A stretch of 64,000 nt of DNA from Vicugna vicugna (GCA_013265495.1 MU058423.1:5376745-5440744), one strand, 5' to 3'; positions 27,240 through 40,743 are shown, numbered from the stretch's first letter. A program made the numbers and translations. Notes: generated by a model not told the origin, from the letters alone.

Positions 27240-28625
27240 CCAACCATCCCCTTCCTCAGTTTTGTTTCTGCTTTAATGAGAGAAAAAATTGTCCTTGTGT
27301 CAACGGTTGATCCCTTCATGGGTACCTGAATCTCAGCTACCTCTGCCTTCTCGGGACTCTCGCGCTATTGAATACTACCTAGTTCTGCTGTATATTCTTA
27401 CTCCTGCTCTCCACAGTACCCATTAAAAGAGTGTGTAAAACTTTCTCTGGAAAACTCAGCTCTTTAAAGCTGCTGTCTTACTCTCTCCTTCCCTGTCACA
27501 GCCGTTTTTCCTAGGTCTTCTCTTTATATCTCATTCACTGCCCCAACCGCCCCCACACAGGGTCTGTCCCCGTCATTTCAGTGACACAGCTCTAACTAAT
27601 TCAGTTCATTGCCGCGAAGGGACAGGAGATGCCTGCTCTCTGGCAGACCCTGTGATGGCGTTGGGGAAATGCAACTAGTGAACAGGACAGCAGAGGCCGA
27701 TGCTCCTCTAGTAAAGGACACAGAATAAGTAGACAAATGCTAGTATTTACAAATAGTGATACTTTTAAAAGAAAAGCAATTTGGTGTACTGTGGGGTTAC
27801 CTACCTAAGTCGTAAGAGTTTTTGTTGTTGTTGTTTTGTTGTGGTTAGTAGATGACATGCTGAGATCTAACATCAGGCATACCTGAGGGAAAAAAAAATT
27901 CTCGGAAAAGGCACAAGCATGACCAAAACTCTAAGGTGACAAAGAGTTTGTTGTCTTCTTGGAAATTTTTTTAAAAGGCCAATAGGAACAGAATTTAGTG
28001 AGTGACGAGGACAGTGAGAGAGAATAGGTTGCACTAGTCAGGCTCTAGATCATGGACTCTTTACAATCCTTGGTAGAAATTTAGGGTTTGATTAGAGTTG
28101 TAAAGGAAAGTCGCTGAAAAAAAAATTTCTTTTTAAGTAGGGAAGAGATAGCATGTGATTTTATCTTTTAAGATGCTGAATGGAATGAGAGGGCACAGGG
28201 GTCAAGGGCAGGAACAGGGACAGTGAGAGTGGTCTAGGTGAGTGACGATGGCAACTTGAACTGGGACAGTGGTAGGCTAAGTCAGAGACAGGGAGAGATG
28301 CACGTATGTTCTGGAGGTAGAAGAGCCAGGATTTCTTAAAGGGCAAGGACTTAAGGAGAAAAAGGTAGGATCCATGAGTATACTCAGATTTCTGGCTTTA
28401 GTAAGTGAGTGTATGTTGGTGGATAGATGGTGATGATTCAAGTGGCATGTGATTATGGGGCCCGGGGAGGAAAGATGTCAAGAATTTTGACCAGCAACCT
28501 CAAACAAATACATCCAATGAACATTTGTAGCGTTTCCCTTTTCACTTGACCTCACAGTTATTTGACCCCGTTGATGACTCCCTCTTTCAAACACATTTCT
28601 AGTTCAGATTCTCAGAAACAGTACA
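27240..28625. mobile_element. L2 fragments in both orientations
   Basis: Pyrimidine-rich L2-like DNA at 27240-27600 and 28500-28625 brackets a purine-rich antisense L2-like block. Confidence 0.5.
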
Positions 28626-28644
28626 CTGTTCTTTTTGTTTCTTT

Positions 28645-30695
28645 TTTTTTAATTTCTATTTTATTTCATTTTTAACATTTTTTATTGATTTATAATCATT
28701 TTAAAATGTTGTCAAGTTACAGTGTAAAGCACTATTTTTCAGTTATACATGAACATATAAATATTCATTGTCACATTTTTTTCTCTGTAAGCTACCATAA
28801 TATCTTGTGTATATTTCCCTGTACTGTACAGTATAATCTTGTTTATCTATTCTACAATTTTGAAATCCCATCTATCCCTTCCCATCTTCTGCCCCCTTGG
28901 CAACCACAAGTTTGTATTCTATGTCTATGAGTCTATTTCTGTTTTGTTTTTATGCTTTGTTTTTTTTTATTGTTTGTTTTTTTAGATTCCACATATGAGC
29001 GATCTCATATGGTATTTTTCTTTCTCTTTCTGGCTTACTTAGACATTCTCCAGGAGCATCCATGTTGCTGCAAATGGCGTTATGTTGTCAGTTTTTATGG
29101 CTGAGTAGTATTCCATTGTATAAATATACCACTTCTTCTTTATCCAGTCACGTGTTGATGGACATTTAGGCTGTTTCCATGTCTTGGCTATTGTAAATAG
29201 TGCTGCTATGAACATTGGGGTCCAGGTGTCATCCTGAAGTAGAGTTTCTTCTGGATATATGCCCAGGAGTGGGATTCCTGGGTCATATGGTAAGTCTATT
29301 CCTAGTCATTTGAGGAATCTCCATACTGTTTTCCACAGTGGCTACACCAAACTGCATTTCCACCAGCAGTGTAGGAGGGTTCCCTTTTCTCCACAGCCTC
29401 TCCAGCATTTATCGTGTGTGGACTTTAACTGATGGTCATTCTGACTGGTGTGAGGTGATACCTCATTGTAGTTTTGATTTGCCTTTCTCTGATAATTAGT
29501 AATATTGAGCATTTTTTCATGTGCCTATTGATCATTTGTATGTCTTCCTTGGAGAACTGCTTGTTTAAGCCTTTTGCCCATGTTTGGATTGGGTTGTTTG
29601 GTTGTTCCTTATTAAGACATAGGAGCTGCTTATATATTCTGGAGAGCAAGCCTTTGTCGGTTTCATTTGCAAAAATTTTCTCCCATTCCGTAGGTTGTCT
29701 TTTTGTTTTACTTATGGTTTCCTTTGCTGTGCAGAAGCTTGTAACTTTCATTAGGTCCCATTTGTTTATTCTTGCTTTTATTTCTATTGCTTGAGTAGAC
29801 TCTTCTAGGAGAACATTTTTGAGATGTATGTCAGGTAATGTTTTGCCTATATTTTCCTCTAGGAGGTTTATTGTATTTTGTCTTATGTTTAAGTCTTTGA
29901 TCCATTTTGAGTTGATTTTTGTGTATGGTGTAAGGGAGTGTTCTAGCTGCATTGTTTTACATGCTGCTGTCCAGTTTTCCCAACACCTTTTGCTGAAGAG
30001 ACTGTCTTTATTCCATTGTATATTCTTGCCTCCTTTGTCGAAGATGAGTTGACCAAAAGTTTGTGGGTTCATTTCTGGGCTCTCTATTCTGTTCCATTGG
30101 TCTATATGTCTGTTTTGGTACCAATACCATGCTGTCTTGATGACTGTAGCTCTGTAGTATTGTCTGAAGTCTGGGAGAGTAATTCCTCCAGCCTCTTTCT
30201 TTCTCTTCAGGAATGCTTTGGCAATTCTAGGTCTTTGATGGTTCCATATAAATTTTGTTATGATTTGTTCTAGTTCTGTGAAATATGTCCTGGGTAATTG
30301 GATAGGGATTGCATTAAATCTGTAGATTGCCTTGGGCAGTGTGACCATTTTAACAATATTGATTCTTCCAATCCAAGAGCATGGAATATCTTTCCATTTT
30401 TTAAAGTCTTCTTTAATTTCCTTCATCAATGGTTTATAGTTTTCTGTGTATAATTCTTTCACCTCCTTGGTTAGATTTATTCCCAGATATTTTATTACTT
30501 TGGGTGCTATTTTAAAGGGGATTGTTTCTTTACTTTCTTTTTCTGTTGATTCCTCGTTAGAGTAAAGAAATGCAACTGATTTTTGAACGTTAATCTTGTA
30601 ACCTGCTGTCTTGCTGAATTCTTCCATCAGCTCTAGTAGTTTTTGTGTGGGCCTTTTAGGGTTTTCTACATATAGTAACATGTCGTCGGCATATA
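28645..30695 (-). mobile_element. Young 5'-truncated L1 with perfect 17-bp TSD
   Basis: gttctttttgtttcttt at 28628-28644 and 30696-30712, a poly(A) tail, and a long open ORF2 frame. Confidence 0.97.
29425..30693 (-). pseudogene. L1 ORF2p C-terminal portion (RT YADD motif to just before the Cys-rich motif); non-functional because 5'-truncated
   Basis: YADD at 30682-30693 is in frame with the 418-aa ORF ([29 protein letters not shown]). A frameshift near 29430 puts [16 protein letters not shown] out of frame. Confidence 0.95.
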
Positions 30696-31339
30696 GTTCT
30701 TTTTGTTTCTTTATTTTGCTTTTTCTTCCTACCTGTCAGGCTTCGGATTATTGGTTTTCTTTGATTGTTCTTTGTTCCTATGAGCTTAACATTTTGGAAT
30801 TTTACAAGATTCTGTCTCGGGTTTTTTTTTTTTCCCTCTTCTAGTTTTTGCTTAAAGGAGGTAGTCTACATCCCTCCTACGCAGTTTACACGCTGACAGA
30901 TCCCAAATGTATATCCCTCGGACATCCATTTTAAATCGCAGACCCATTCCTCTGACTGTCTCCTCAGTAGCCCTAGTCTTATACCTCCGAGCTGTCAACA
31001 TCAGTACGTTCAAAACAAAGCTAACAGTCTTCTCTTCACCTAGAACAAATCATTGGACATCTAGCTGTTTATATCAGAAACCTAGAAGTTATCTTTTATT
31101 TCTGTTTTCCAGACCTTCCTCCCAATCTAATCAAAATAACTTACTCAATAAATGTTCTTTGCCACATTCTGTCATAAATGGTGACTTCAGTGACAGATTA
31201 AAAAGAACATGGAACCAGTACATGTGAACCTTACCAACTAGTGAAGGACAATATGTTAAAAATATAATCACTTAAATAAGAATGTATTTACACATTTTAA
31301 TATAAAAAGGATAGGCTGTGCCTTTTAAAATATATATAA

Positions 31340-31436
31340 GGGACAGGGTATATAGCTCAGTGTTAGAGTGCATGCTTAACATGCCTGAGGTCCCAGGTTC
31401 AATCCTTAGTGCCTCCGTTAAAAAAGAAAAAAAAAA
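31340..31436 (+). mobile_element. tRNA-derived SINE, camelid vic-1-like
   Basis: A box tagctcagtgtt, B box ggttcaatcc, body agagtgcatgcttaacatgcctgaggtcc, and an A-rich tail. Confidence 0.88.
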
Positions 31437-31639
31437 CTTTATAAAAATATTAATATATATAAAATAATTGCTAATATACCAGTCATACTAATATACCAGT
31501 AAATGTTTTCTGATTTGATGGGGAAAAAATTTTAAGTTAATAAAATAAAATATCATAAGGTGACCGAATTTAGAGTAGAAAGATTCAGCATTGACCTCTC
31601 TGCGGAAGTGCTGTTACTTCTACTTCTTAATTTTTTTAA

Positions 31640-32280
31640 ACAACCCCCATCTTTCGTTACTCATTGGGCAAGTCACCATCTTCTCTTGGATTTTTCTATT
31701 GCATTTTAATGTTGTTTCTACATCCCCTCGTCTCTCCCTGCATTCCAATTTATACTTAGGAATTAATCTTATGAAAACAATAGAAATCCACACAAAAGTG
31801 ACATGTTTTTTCCTGGTAACTTAAAACATAGTAGAGGGTTTTCTTTAACCTCATCATGAAAATCAAGATTGTATACACCTTTGTTTCAGAACATGTTATT
31901 CCTACTAACTGCGTTCTCTCACTCATCATCTGTTACCTTCGGCACACTTCAGCTCCGCTCTGCTTCCTCTTCACCTGGATAAATCATCAGCCTTTGATTC
32001 TGATATTTCCTTACACATATCTTCCCTGACCTCACAAGCTATATGCTATCCCTGCCCAGAATATATGTGCTCAGGCCACTGGACTTTATTTTCTTGCAAT
32101 CATCACAACTGCAATTCAGTCATTAGGTAATTATTGGCTTAGTGTCCATCTTATCTGACAAATTATAAATGCAAATAGGGCAGGAAATGTAATTGTTTAT
32201 CTTTATTTGTATTTCCTGTGCTTGGAATACTGACCAGCTACCTCAAGTAGTTCAATAAACAATTATTAAATAAGTGAATA
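31640..32280 (+). mobile_element. L2 3' fragment
   Basis: Ends agtagttcaataaacaattattaaataagtgaat. Confidence 0.6.
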
Positions 32281-32999
32281 TTTCACACTTAGCTACAACT
32301 GGATCAGACTCAGTGTGCAGTGATGAAATGTGCACAAATTGATTACAGTTCAGTCAACATATTTAATTGAAATGATCAGTTTAAATAAATACATGGGTAA
32401 TAATTTGATATTATATAATTTATTACTGAAAGGTCCCTAATGTGAGACAAAATATAAATTGATTTTTCTTTAACTTGGTCTAATTAAATTTTGTAGAAAT
32501 TACTTACTGAAATATTATATCAATATTTGATAGTAGGTCTTATTTTTATATTAATAATGTTCTTTTAATTATTGCTCTAACTTTGTTAGGATAAAAATTG
32601 TTCCATAGATGAAGAAAGAGAGTTGATGAAATCTAGGGACTATTACGTTTAGGCACTAGAAAACACTGGTGTTCATTCTTTAATTTATATAAAGCTTCAT
32701 TTATTTTTTTTAGATATTGACTTGAATATATTATAGATTTATTCAATATCTTTATAACATATCATAATACCCAGTAATATTCTGAAGGCTAGATATGTGT
32801 CATCTCTTGATAATATGAAAGGAATTCTAGAAATTCTCATGAAATGCAAAAGGTAAGATGTTAATGAAATAATAGGAAGAAATACTTTCTTTTTCTAAAT
32901 TATTGGGGGTTCTAAAATTTTATCATAATTCAGTCTGGCTTCTTATTAGGTTTTACATCAGAAAATATAAGTTTTAACATAAAAATTGGAGTTATCTAA

Positions 33000-33220
33000 T
33001 ACAGTGACTCCTAGTACTATTTCATGGATTAATTCTAGGCAGGTTATATGAAAATCACCTGAGGAACTTTATAAAAATATATATTAATGCGCCCCAGTCC
33101 TAGAGATTCTAATTAACAGGGTGAAAGGAGACCCAACATTAAAAAAAAGAAAAATTTAGCATAAAGCTCCCAAAGGGATTCTCAGGAGCGCTTAGCTCAT
33201 CCAGGTTTAAAAATCCATAA
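33000..33220. mobile_element. MER5-type hAT/Charlie DNA element
   Basis: aatcacctgaggaacttt...cctagagattctaatt...aagctcccaaagggattct. Confidence 0.7.
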
Positions 33221-33759
33221 TAGGATTTGAAGGTCACAAACTGGCTACCAATGGGCTGAATCCAACTCACAGGAAGGATTTCTTTGGCCTATAGGGTGTT
33301 TTCAAATGTTTTGAATCAACATAAAATATTTATATTTACAGATTTTGTTGAAAAAAGAAAATCTGACAAAAGAGAATCTGCATTGTTGAATGATAGCAAT
33401 ATACTAGAGCTGTTAGCAACTGACTCCTTTACATAAGATATTTATTCAATACTTCATTTGTTTATGCAAACTTTTATTTTAATATAATTTATTTATTTTA
33501 ATATAATAGCATATATAAAAGCATAATACTCCTCTAGTTGTTTAGAAAATTAAAATAGACAAAAAATCCACAATTACTGCAACGCAAATTCTTTTGGGAA
33601 AAACAGAAAATCTGTACGTGGTCTGTGGTTCAAGATTGTCCCTGTCAGTCACTGTGGTCGCAAAGACACTGCAGCTAAGCGCCTGCTTGCCATTTACCAT
33701 CACACACATCTGTGTATTTTCCAGTAGTGACAATTTCTCTCTTCTCTTTTTATGTTTAA

Positions 33760-34195
33760 TATTAGTTTGATCAGGGTTACTTTCTGTGGGAAAGAAACAA
33801 CAAAATGTTAAGTGACTGAACCCAAAATAATTTGATTTCTCTTTTACGTTATAGTTCAGTGTGTGTGTTTTCCAAATGGTGGCTTAGGAACTCATTTTCC
33901 TCTCCTCCTGTGACTTCTAGGTCCCCTGAGGCTTCAAGGTCATCTGTGACCATTTAGGGGAAGAGAAAGGAAAGGGTGTACATAGTGCATGCATCTCAAA
34001 GTTCTGCATCTGCGTGGTTCCACGACCTGGAAGCGATGCACACCCTTTCTCCTGACATTCCTTTGGTGTAACAAGTCCCATATCTCACCTAGATGCAGGA
34101 GGGGCTGAGAACTGAGGTCCCTGCCTGCAGCTCCTTCAGTTTTACCATGTGAAACAGAATAAGAGTATTTGCTGGATGGATAGCTTGTCTTTGCC
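33760..34195 (-). mobile_element. Old MLT1 (MaLR) solo LTR
   Basis: ctgacattcctttggtgtaacaagtcccatatctcacctagatgcaggaggggctgagaac is typical of antisense MLT1. Confidence 0.7.
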
Positions 34196-36329
34196 AAATT
34201 CTCAAAATTTATAAAATGGCAGCTGTACCTAGAAGGCTGCATAGTTCAAGAAAACAGGAGAGGACATTTTTCTTTTCGTACGCTCCACATGTAAATCAAG
34301 CAGTTAGATAGATAGCTCTACCTTGCTGAGGTCATGTCTGTGTTATGTTCTTGGCCCCTGTAGGCAACTGACTTTGAGTTCTGACCTAGCCCAAACCTTG
34401 ATTTTAGGGACAGAGAAATGATCACAGAAGGGAAGATTTTCCTAAGGCCATAGAATGAATTAACAGCAGAACCAGGAAAAGATATGAAATAAATCTACTA
34501 ACTTTTCAAGGTGAGTCCTATTTCTATTATACTTTTATTCCTCCCTTCTATTATATAACCATATAAAATATATAGAAATCTTGTGTGTAAGTCTGTACAT
34601 ATATTCTCTTTCTATTTATATGTTAACAGATGTTTAATTTTATCTCTTTATATTGTATCTCTCTTTCCTCTGATAGGAGCACTTCCTTTGTAAAACTTCA
34701 CCTCCTTTTTCCATGATTATTTGGGGCAGCAATTATGACCACAGAGCTGAGCATATTACACCAGCCTGTTAAATCACTGTCCACGTCCATAGCAAAGAAC
34801 TTGGCCCATAAATGTACAAATTATATACAACAGACCAAACAGAGATCTTCCTTGGGCACAGACTGAAATAAAGGGAGAACTGTCCATCCCTTTGCCCTTC
34901 TCTTCCTTTTAGTGAGGGTAAAGCATTTGGTATCATCCTTTGCTTCATTTTCTGTAATATTTAGGAGGTAAACAAATCCTCTCCTTTCTGAGTAAGTGGA
35001 GGATGTGTGATAGTCTGTTGTCTGAAATGTATTTGTCCTCTGAAATCACAGCTGGAGCTTTAGGAAAATGGAACGAAGGAAATACAATGGACCCAAGAGA
35101 TGTCATATGCATAGGAGTAGGGGTGAGGGCATATTTACATTTCTGTAGTTAAAGTGATACGTTTGAATGAGTTTCCTGAAAGTTGAACAGTCATTGCTAA
35201 AGACGATTTGGAGGTCAGCTGTCTTACAATAGCTTCTCACAGTTTCAACTCAAGAAAGCAGTTTTCTGGAGACAGGACTCCAGAAACAAGAGACTGTAGG
35301 GTGGACCACTTAGGAGAAGTGGGAAAAAATAAGTTAAGCCTGATGCAATCCTCCAAATTAAAGGACTGGGCACTCCAAAGAATTAACAAATGTACTCACC
35401 AGTGAGTCAGGGTTCAGATACTTGCCAGAAAGAGGCAGTATGGGTTAGACAGAAAAGCAGTAAACACCAACAGGAAAAAAAAAAGACAACAAAACCAAGT
35501 ATATGATGCTGTTCAGAGAAGATTATTTAAGATAAAGCAAGGAGCAGACAGCTAATCATAGTGGGTAATACTAGAAAAAAAGGGTATTTTCCCTCTACCT
35601 TCTCTCTGCCCCAATAGTAGAAAAGATGCTAGTGGTCTGGGGGACCACGTGGTGCCCAGTATCTTCCTTGAGGATGCTGAAGCTGAAATTTAACCATACG
35701 TTGGATAGTAAGGGCACTTAGAAAGATTTTAGTTTTGAGATTCCCATTTCAAAATAAATGGGACAAGGTTTTACTCAATGATAGACTATCTTTTTGTAGA
35801 CAGCACATTTGACATCAAGTCACCTATCTACCTTTTCACTTTTTCTTTTGTTTTTAGAGCAAGTCTGTTTTTCCTCAAATGGTACATCCTCCCTATCCCT
35901 ACCCCCACGGTAGTAACTGCATTCTAATATATTGATACATGTTATATGGAAAAGAAATACCTTAAGATTTTACTCCCAGCACCTTCATTTGACCAGCTTT
36001 TCCGAGACATTCTTAATTGAGAGCTCATGGGATTTGAGTGACTTGCCTCACATTCCAGTGTGATGCGCTCTTGGACAAGGGAGTGGGAATGCATACCTGA
36101 GGAAGGGGTGTGGGTGACAGCCTGTCCCTGCTGTTCCCCAAATCTGGATAGTGCCCTGTAGTCTGGCCTCTTCTGCTGGCCTCTTACATCACTAATAGTG
36201 ACTTTCTCTAAGGGGACGCATTGTTTGTATCTGCAGTTTAGTTTCTGTTAGGGTCATGAATCAGTTAGTGGGATCTGTACACATCTGAGACCTAATTGTA
36301 AAAAGAGAGGCAGAGACTAGCTAGTTCTT

Positions 36330-36712
36330 GGTTAGACTCATTTCTCTATTTTTTTTGGTACAAATTAGCCTCAATTTTCAGACACCAGTGCAGATAGGTA
36401 TGACTATGTGACTACGTTTTTTGACAGTGAAATGGGGGAGAAAATCACATACATGATTTAGAAGTTTGGGCCTTCCAAGGTTTCCCACAGAATTCTCTCC
36501 TTTCTTTATTCCTCATCTGCTGGCCAGATCCGGCACCCAGCAGAGAACTTGAGGGACCCAGGAGATGGCACAGCCTGAGACAGAGAAGCCGGAGTTGCTG
36601 CATCACTTCCGAGAGGCTGCCTAACACAGATACGCACACTGAGTGAGAGACGAATCATGTGTAAAGCCACTGAGAATCTGTTTGTTTGTTTTGCAGTTCT
36701 CTACCCTAATCA
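36330..36712 (+). mobile_element. Old MLT1 solo LTR
   Basis: ggtatgactatgtgact ... gtgtaaagccactgagaatctgtttgtttgttttgcag...ccctaatca. Confidence 0.65.
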
Positions 36713-37294
36713 GAAATGATTTCTATTCCCCCCACCAGTACTCCTGGGCTCCATAAAAATCAAAATATTTTCTGAGCATTTGATTTTAATGCTTAGGCAC
36801 AGTGATACTTAAGAACTGTTTCCAAACGTGATTCACAGGGGATGGGTGCTATGAGTCCACCAAGCACCACAAGGGGGCAGAGTTGCGTAATCCCATCAAT
36901 CAGCCAAAGTCAGTCCACACTGGATTCAATGAACTCTTGTTCCATATCTTCAGATATGCAGTAGATTGGTGCAAAATTTTTGAGAAGGGCATATATTCAT
37001 TAGAGTACCAGCGCCTCTGCTATTTACTATCCAAAACTAAGTAACAAAATAGATTCATATAGCAAGTGTATCTAATTACTTAGACTCAGCAGCTCTATTC
37101 TGAGCTCTGTTCTGTATTTTACAGATACACATATATCATGGTATATATTTGTGTATTTACAGAGAGAGAATATCGCTGTGTGAGTAATACGCAGACGTCC
37201 GTACATATATATTTATATGACATATTTATTGGGGAACTCAGACTTCCCCCAACTTTTGAATACATTTAATTCAAGCCAAATTTAAATGATGTAT

Positions 37295-37437
37295 TTTTTT
37301 AATGTATTTCTTAATTAAAAAAATTTGAGGGGTAATTAGGTTTCCTTATTTATTCCTAGAGGAGGTATTGGGGATTGAACCCAGGACCTTGTGTATGTTA
37401 AGCATGCATTCCACCCCTTGAGCTGTACCCTCCCCCC
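37295..37437 (-). mobile_element. tRNA-derived SINE, camelid vic-1-like, with 11-bp TSD
   Basis: ggggattgaacccaggacc...aagcatgc...tgagctgtaccctccccc. aaatgatgtat occurs at 37284-37294 and 37438-37448. Confidence 0.92.
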
Positions 37438-38198
37438 AAATGATGTATGTTTACACATGTATGTGTTACACCCCGTAAAGGTTTAGAAGGTCTTGGACTG
37501 CCCCACCTTTGATGGCGGTTGTTAAAAATGTGCTGACTGGACTTACAGTTTGTATAAAGCTACTACTTAATGCAGATGTACAGGTACAGGTCTCTGAACC
37601 ACGTCACCATTAGATCAATGACCGGAGTTGCAATACAGCAATCAATGTATATAATAGAAGCTCCAACTCATGTAGACCTAGTTCTCAACTAGGAGCTTTG
37701 GTTGACCCCATGGTGGCAACTGCAAAACTGGTAGTTATGGAGAGGTAAATTTAGAAATCAAAAGAGGAGGAAGAGGAGGAGAAAAAAAGAAAAAGGAGGA
37801 GGAATTTTCACACAAAGGGAAGAGAGAAAAAAAGGTTTTCTCAACTGTGCTTAGATAATAGCATAAGTGAAGAGAAATGTAGTGGGAAATACTACATCAA
37901 AATATTAATAAATTTTTCTTTTTCAACTTCCTCCTAACTTTCCCCTTATTAATTAAAACAAGTTTTTGCTTCTGGAAGTATTAATGCAGAAATGCAAAGA
38001 GAAAAGAAGGCCAGTGTTCTGTCTACTTAACAGTTTCTTTCAGCTCATTTCTTAGATAATAATTTGAGTGCCAGAGATTTTCTTTACCAAAAAAAAAAGT
38101 TTTGAGAATGTAAAGACGAAGACTTGAAGAAGCTGGACAAGACTGGGAAGATGGGTATATAGTTACTAAAGTGTTGTTTTATATATATTTATATATAT

Positions 38199-38319
38199 AA
38201 TTAAAGTTTTATATCTATGTAAACTTTTATATATTTTAATATAAATTTACATATAAACTATATATAAATATATTTACTATATATTTATATAAAAATTTAC
38301 ATAGATAAAAACTTTAATT
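38199..38319. repeat. AT-rich inverted repeat, 35/34-bp arms with 52-bp spacer
   Basis: Arms 38199-38233 and 38286-38319 are complementary apart from one mismatch and one indel. Confidence 0.85.
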
Positions 38320-38558
38320 CATAGCTCTCATACTTTGTTAAAATAACAGGTGTTAACAGGTGTTATATTTTTAGAGTCTTACTATTAAAAGAACATTGAG
38401 CATTTTTTTTTCAGACAAAATTGGAAGAATTTAGAATTCCTTCTCTTTCATTCTTTCTCGAGGATTTCACATTATTTTAAAGCAGTATGATTTGCAAACC
38501 TTAAGACAGAATTGCTTGACAATTGCCTGAGTGTTCTTGCTTGTTTCTTCTCTTGCAG

Positions 38559-38719
38559 GCATCTTTGGTATCAGGGCAGTAACGCCCGTCTTCCCAGTTC
38601 TTCCTGCTCATAGGCTTCTCACAGTCCATCAGAACCAATGCTACAATGAAGTCTTGATTGAAAATACAAACTAAGAATGGCCTTGATCCAACCTGACAGC
38701 ACTGCACATCATGGATACT
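38559..38719 (+). other. Candidate 161-nt exon (5' UTR/start-codon exon or lncRNA exon) of an unidentified gene
   Basis: Acceptor gttcttgcttgtttcttctcttgcag|G and donor |gtgagt in non-repeat sequence. All three frames have stops, but two strong-context ATGs (38677, 38711) are open to the donor. Confidence 0.4.
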
Positions 38720-40705
38720 GTGAGTAGTTAGTGGGAAGTTTAGAACAAAACATGCAAGAAGAGAGACAGCAAAAACCTTTCTTCTGCCCTGTGTTCTGGT
38801 ACACTTTGTGGGAGAAAGGATTTCCAAGATTGCTACAATCCTAAACCCAACGTAGTCTATTGAGGCAATTTTGAGATTTTTCTATTGATTTCTCTTTATT
38901 TCAGGAAATTAAGAGAACATTCTAGGTAACTTCTACACATATTTCCATGTCTTTTCTAGTTTTGGTCAGGAAAAACGTTGTGATGGAGTTTGAAATGGCA
39001 AAAATTTATCAGGTTATCTGATTCTATGGAGATCTGCATCTTTCAAGGTCTTCGAAGTATTTTATAATTTGATACACTGTGGAAAATTAATAATGATGGA
39101 AATAATTCTCTTCCTGAGAAATGAAAATTAATTTTGTCCAGTGGGGGTGCATAACTCCCTCTGTCATGTAAAAAAATACTAGTTTTGCAGGTACAAATTC
39201 ATTTTGGCATACCTCATTGCACATATATGCACATACTTGTTGAATTATTTTTCAATCAGCATATGGCACCTTGCTAGTTCCTCATGCATGAATTAAGTAA
39301 GATATCTGACATATATTCATTTTATATTTATGCAAAGGTCATGATTTTTCCCCTTGTAAATTATCTTGCACGAACTCAAGATCTAGAAAAGATCATCACT
39401 GCTGAGGTTGAGGAAGGACTGACCTTAGGAGAGTAAAAATCATACTAATATCTTTAACGTGTCTGACTTTCAATTTAGGGTAGTCTTTCAGAGCTATTCA
39501 AGCAGGAAGACTTCTCCAAGAATAGTTGATGAAAAATCCTGAGGCATATATTCAAGTTGGTCTTGTCTTACTTATTAATTTACTTAAAATATGGCATAAA
39601 TTATTAAATGATTATTTTATGATTAGCAAGCTAATAATAAGTTTAAAACATATGAGAGATCATTTTCAGTAAAAGATCAATGAACAAAGAACACTTGACC
39701 TTTTGAAATTACTCATCACATTCCATGATTTGTAATTTTCTCGAGTAATATGCTCTAATCTATTATTACTAACTTGTAATTATACTAAAATGTATTTGAA
39801 ATCTCCTGAACTGTTCACACAGAGGTGCTATAATGTTTCAGCTTGAAAAAAAAAATCTGTCTTTCTAAAAAGCATCCAATAAACTATTTTAATTGATCGA
39901 TTTGACAACTAAAAACTTTTTTTCCTGAGTTAACATTCCCGTAGATACAATGCTCAAATCAACAACCTTGTATACATCAGTAAACCAAGCGCTTTCTTCC
40001 GGGACAGACGTACCTGTAATCTCTGTATCTACCTCTACATCTATATCTATGTTTTATCTCATTTTATAATACTTTCTACTTTATTATATTGTCTGTCACA
40101 CTATTGTAATTTGTTCTCAGGTTTGTCTTTCATTACTCTCAGTTACTGTCAACTCTAACAATAAGGATTGTACGTTTTCTTTGTAGTGGGAGTTCTCAGG
40201 AGAGTGGTGGCACGAAAGAGGCACTGATTATTTTTGAGGCTGGCTACTTAGGGGACATGGCATTGTTTGTGACAAACCAGTATATTTATTCATAGTTTTC
40301 ATTTTCTGGATGAAGTGCTAAGGGGGTTAATTCACTGTTCTCTGGAAAATCAGTGCTTCATGTTTAGTTTGGGTTTTACCCTTGGCCTTTACGTTAAAGG
40401 AGATCACATTTCTCTTTGAAGTATCACAGTCCTCGGAGGATATCGTAACATTCAAGTGAACCTTTTTTAGATTGTTACATATCAGGACATTTTTCTTCAC
40501 ATTGACATTAGACTGAGCTGTGTACATATAAAAACTGTGTACTAGATCAACTTACTGCATACTAGCAAGTATATATTCAATACAAAAATTGTCAAACTGG
40601 TTTCATATATAGAACTACTTAAGAAAGAAACTGAGAGATGTGTGCTTATTTTTTGAGTCTCAGTAGAAGTTCTTGCATGTGCAAGGTCACCAGGTCTGTG
40701 GTGAC

Positions 40706-40708
40706 TAT

Positions 40709-40739
<31 letters not shown>

Positions 40740-40743
40740 TTAT
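40706..40743. repeat. (TATT)n microsatellite
   Basis: Directly visible. Confidence 0.9.

Noticed and set aside
29425..30681. 418-aa ORF as a functional gene
   Set aside because: It is 5'-truncated L1 ORF2 with no promoter, no endonuclease domain and a frameshifted C-terminus.
31340..31436. tRNA gene
   Set aside because: It has an A-rich tail, no intact acceptor stem and a second dispersed copy at 37295, so it is a SINE.
38501..38827. 108-aa minus-strand ORF as a protein-coding gene
   Set aside because: No recognisable domain and a non-ATG start. The region is kept only as an exon candidate.
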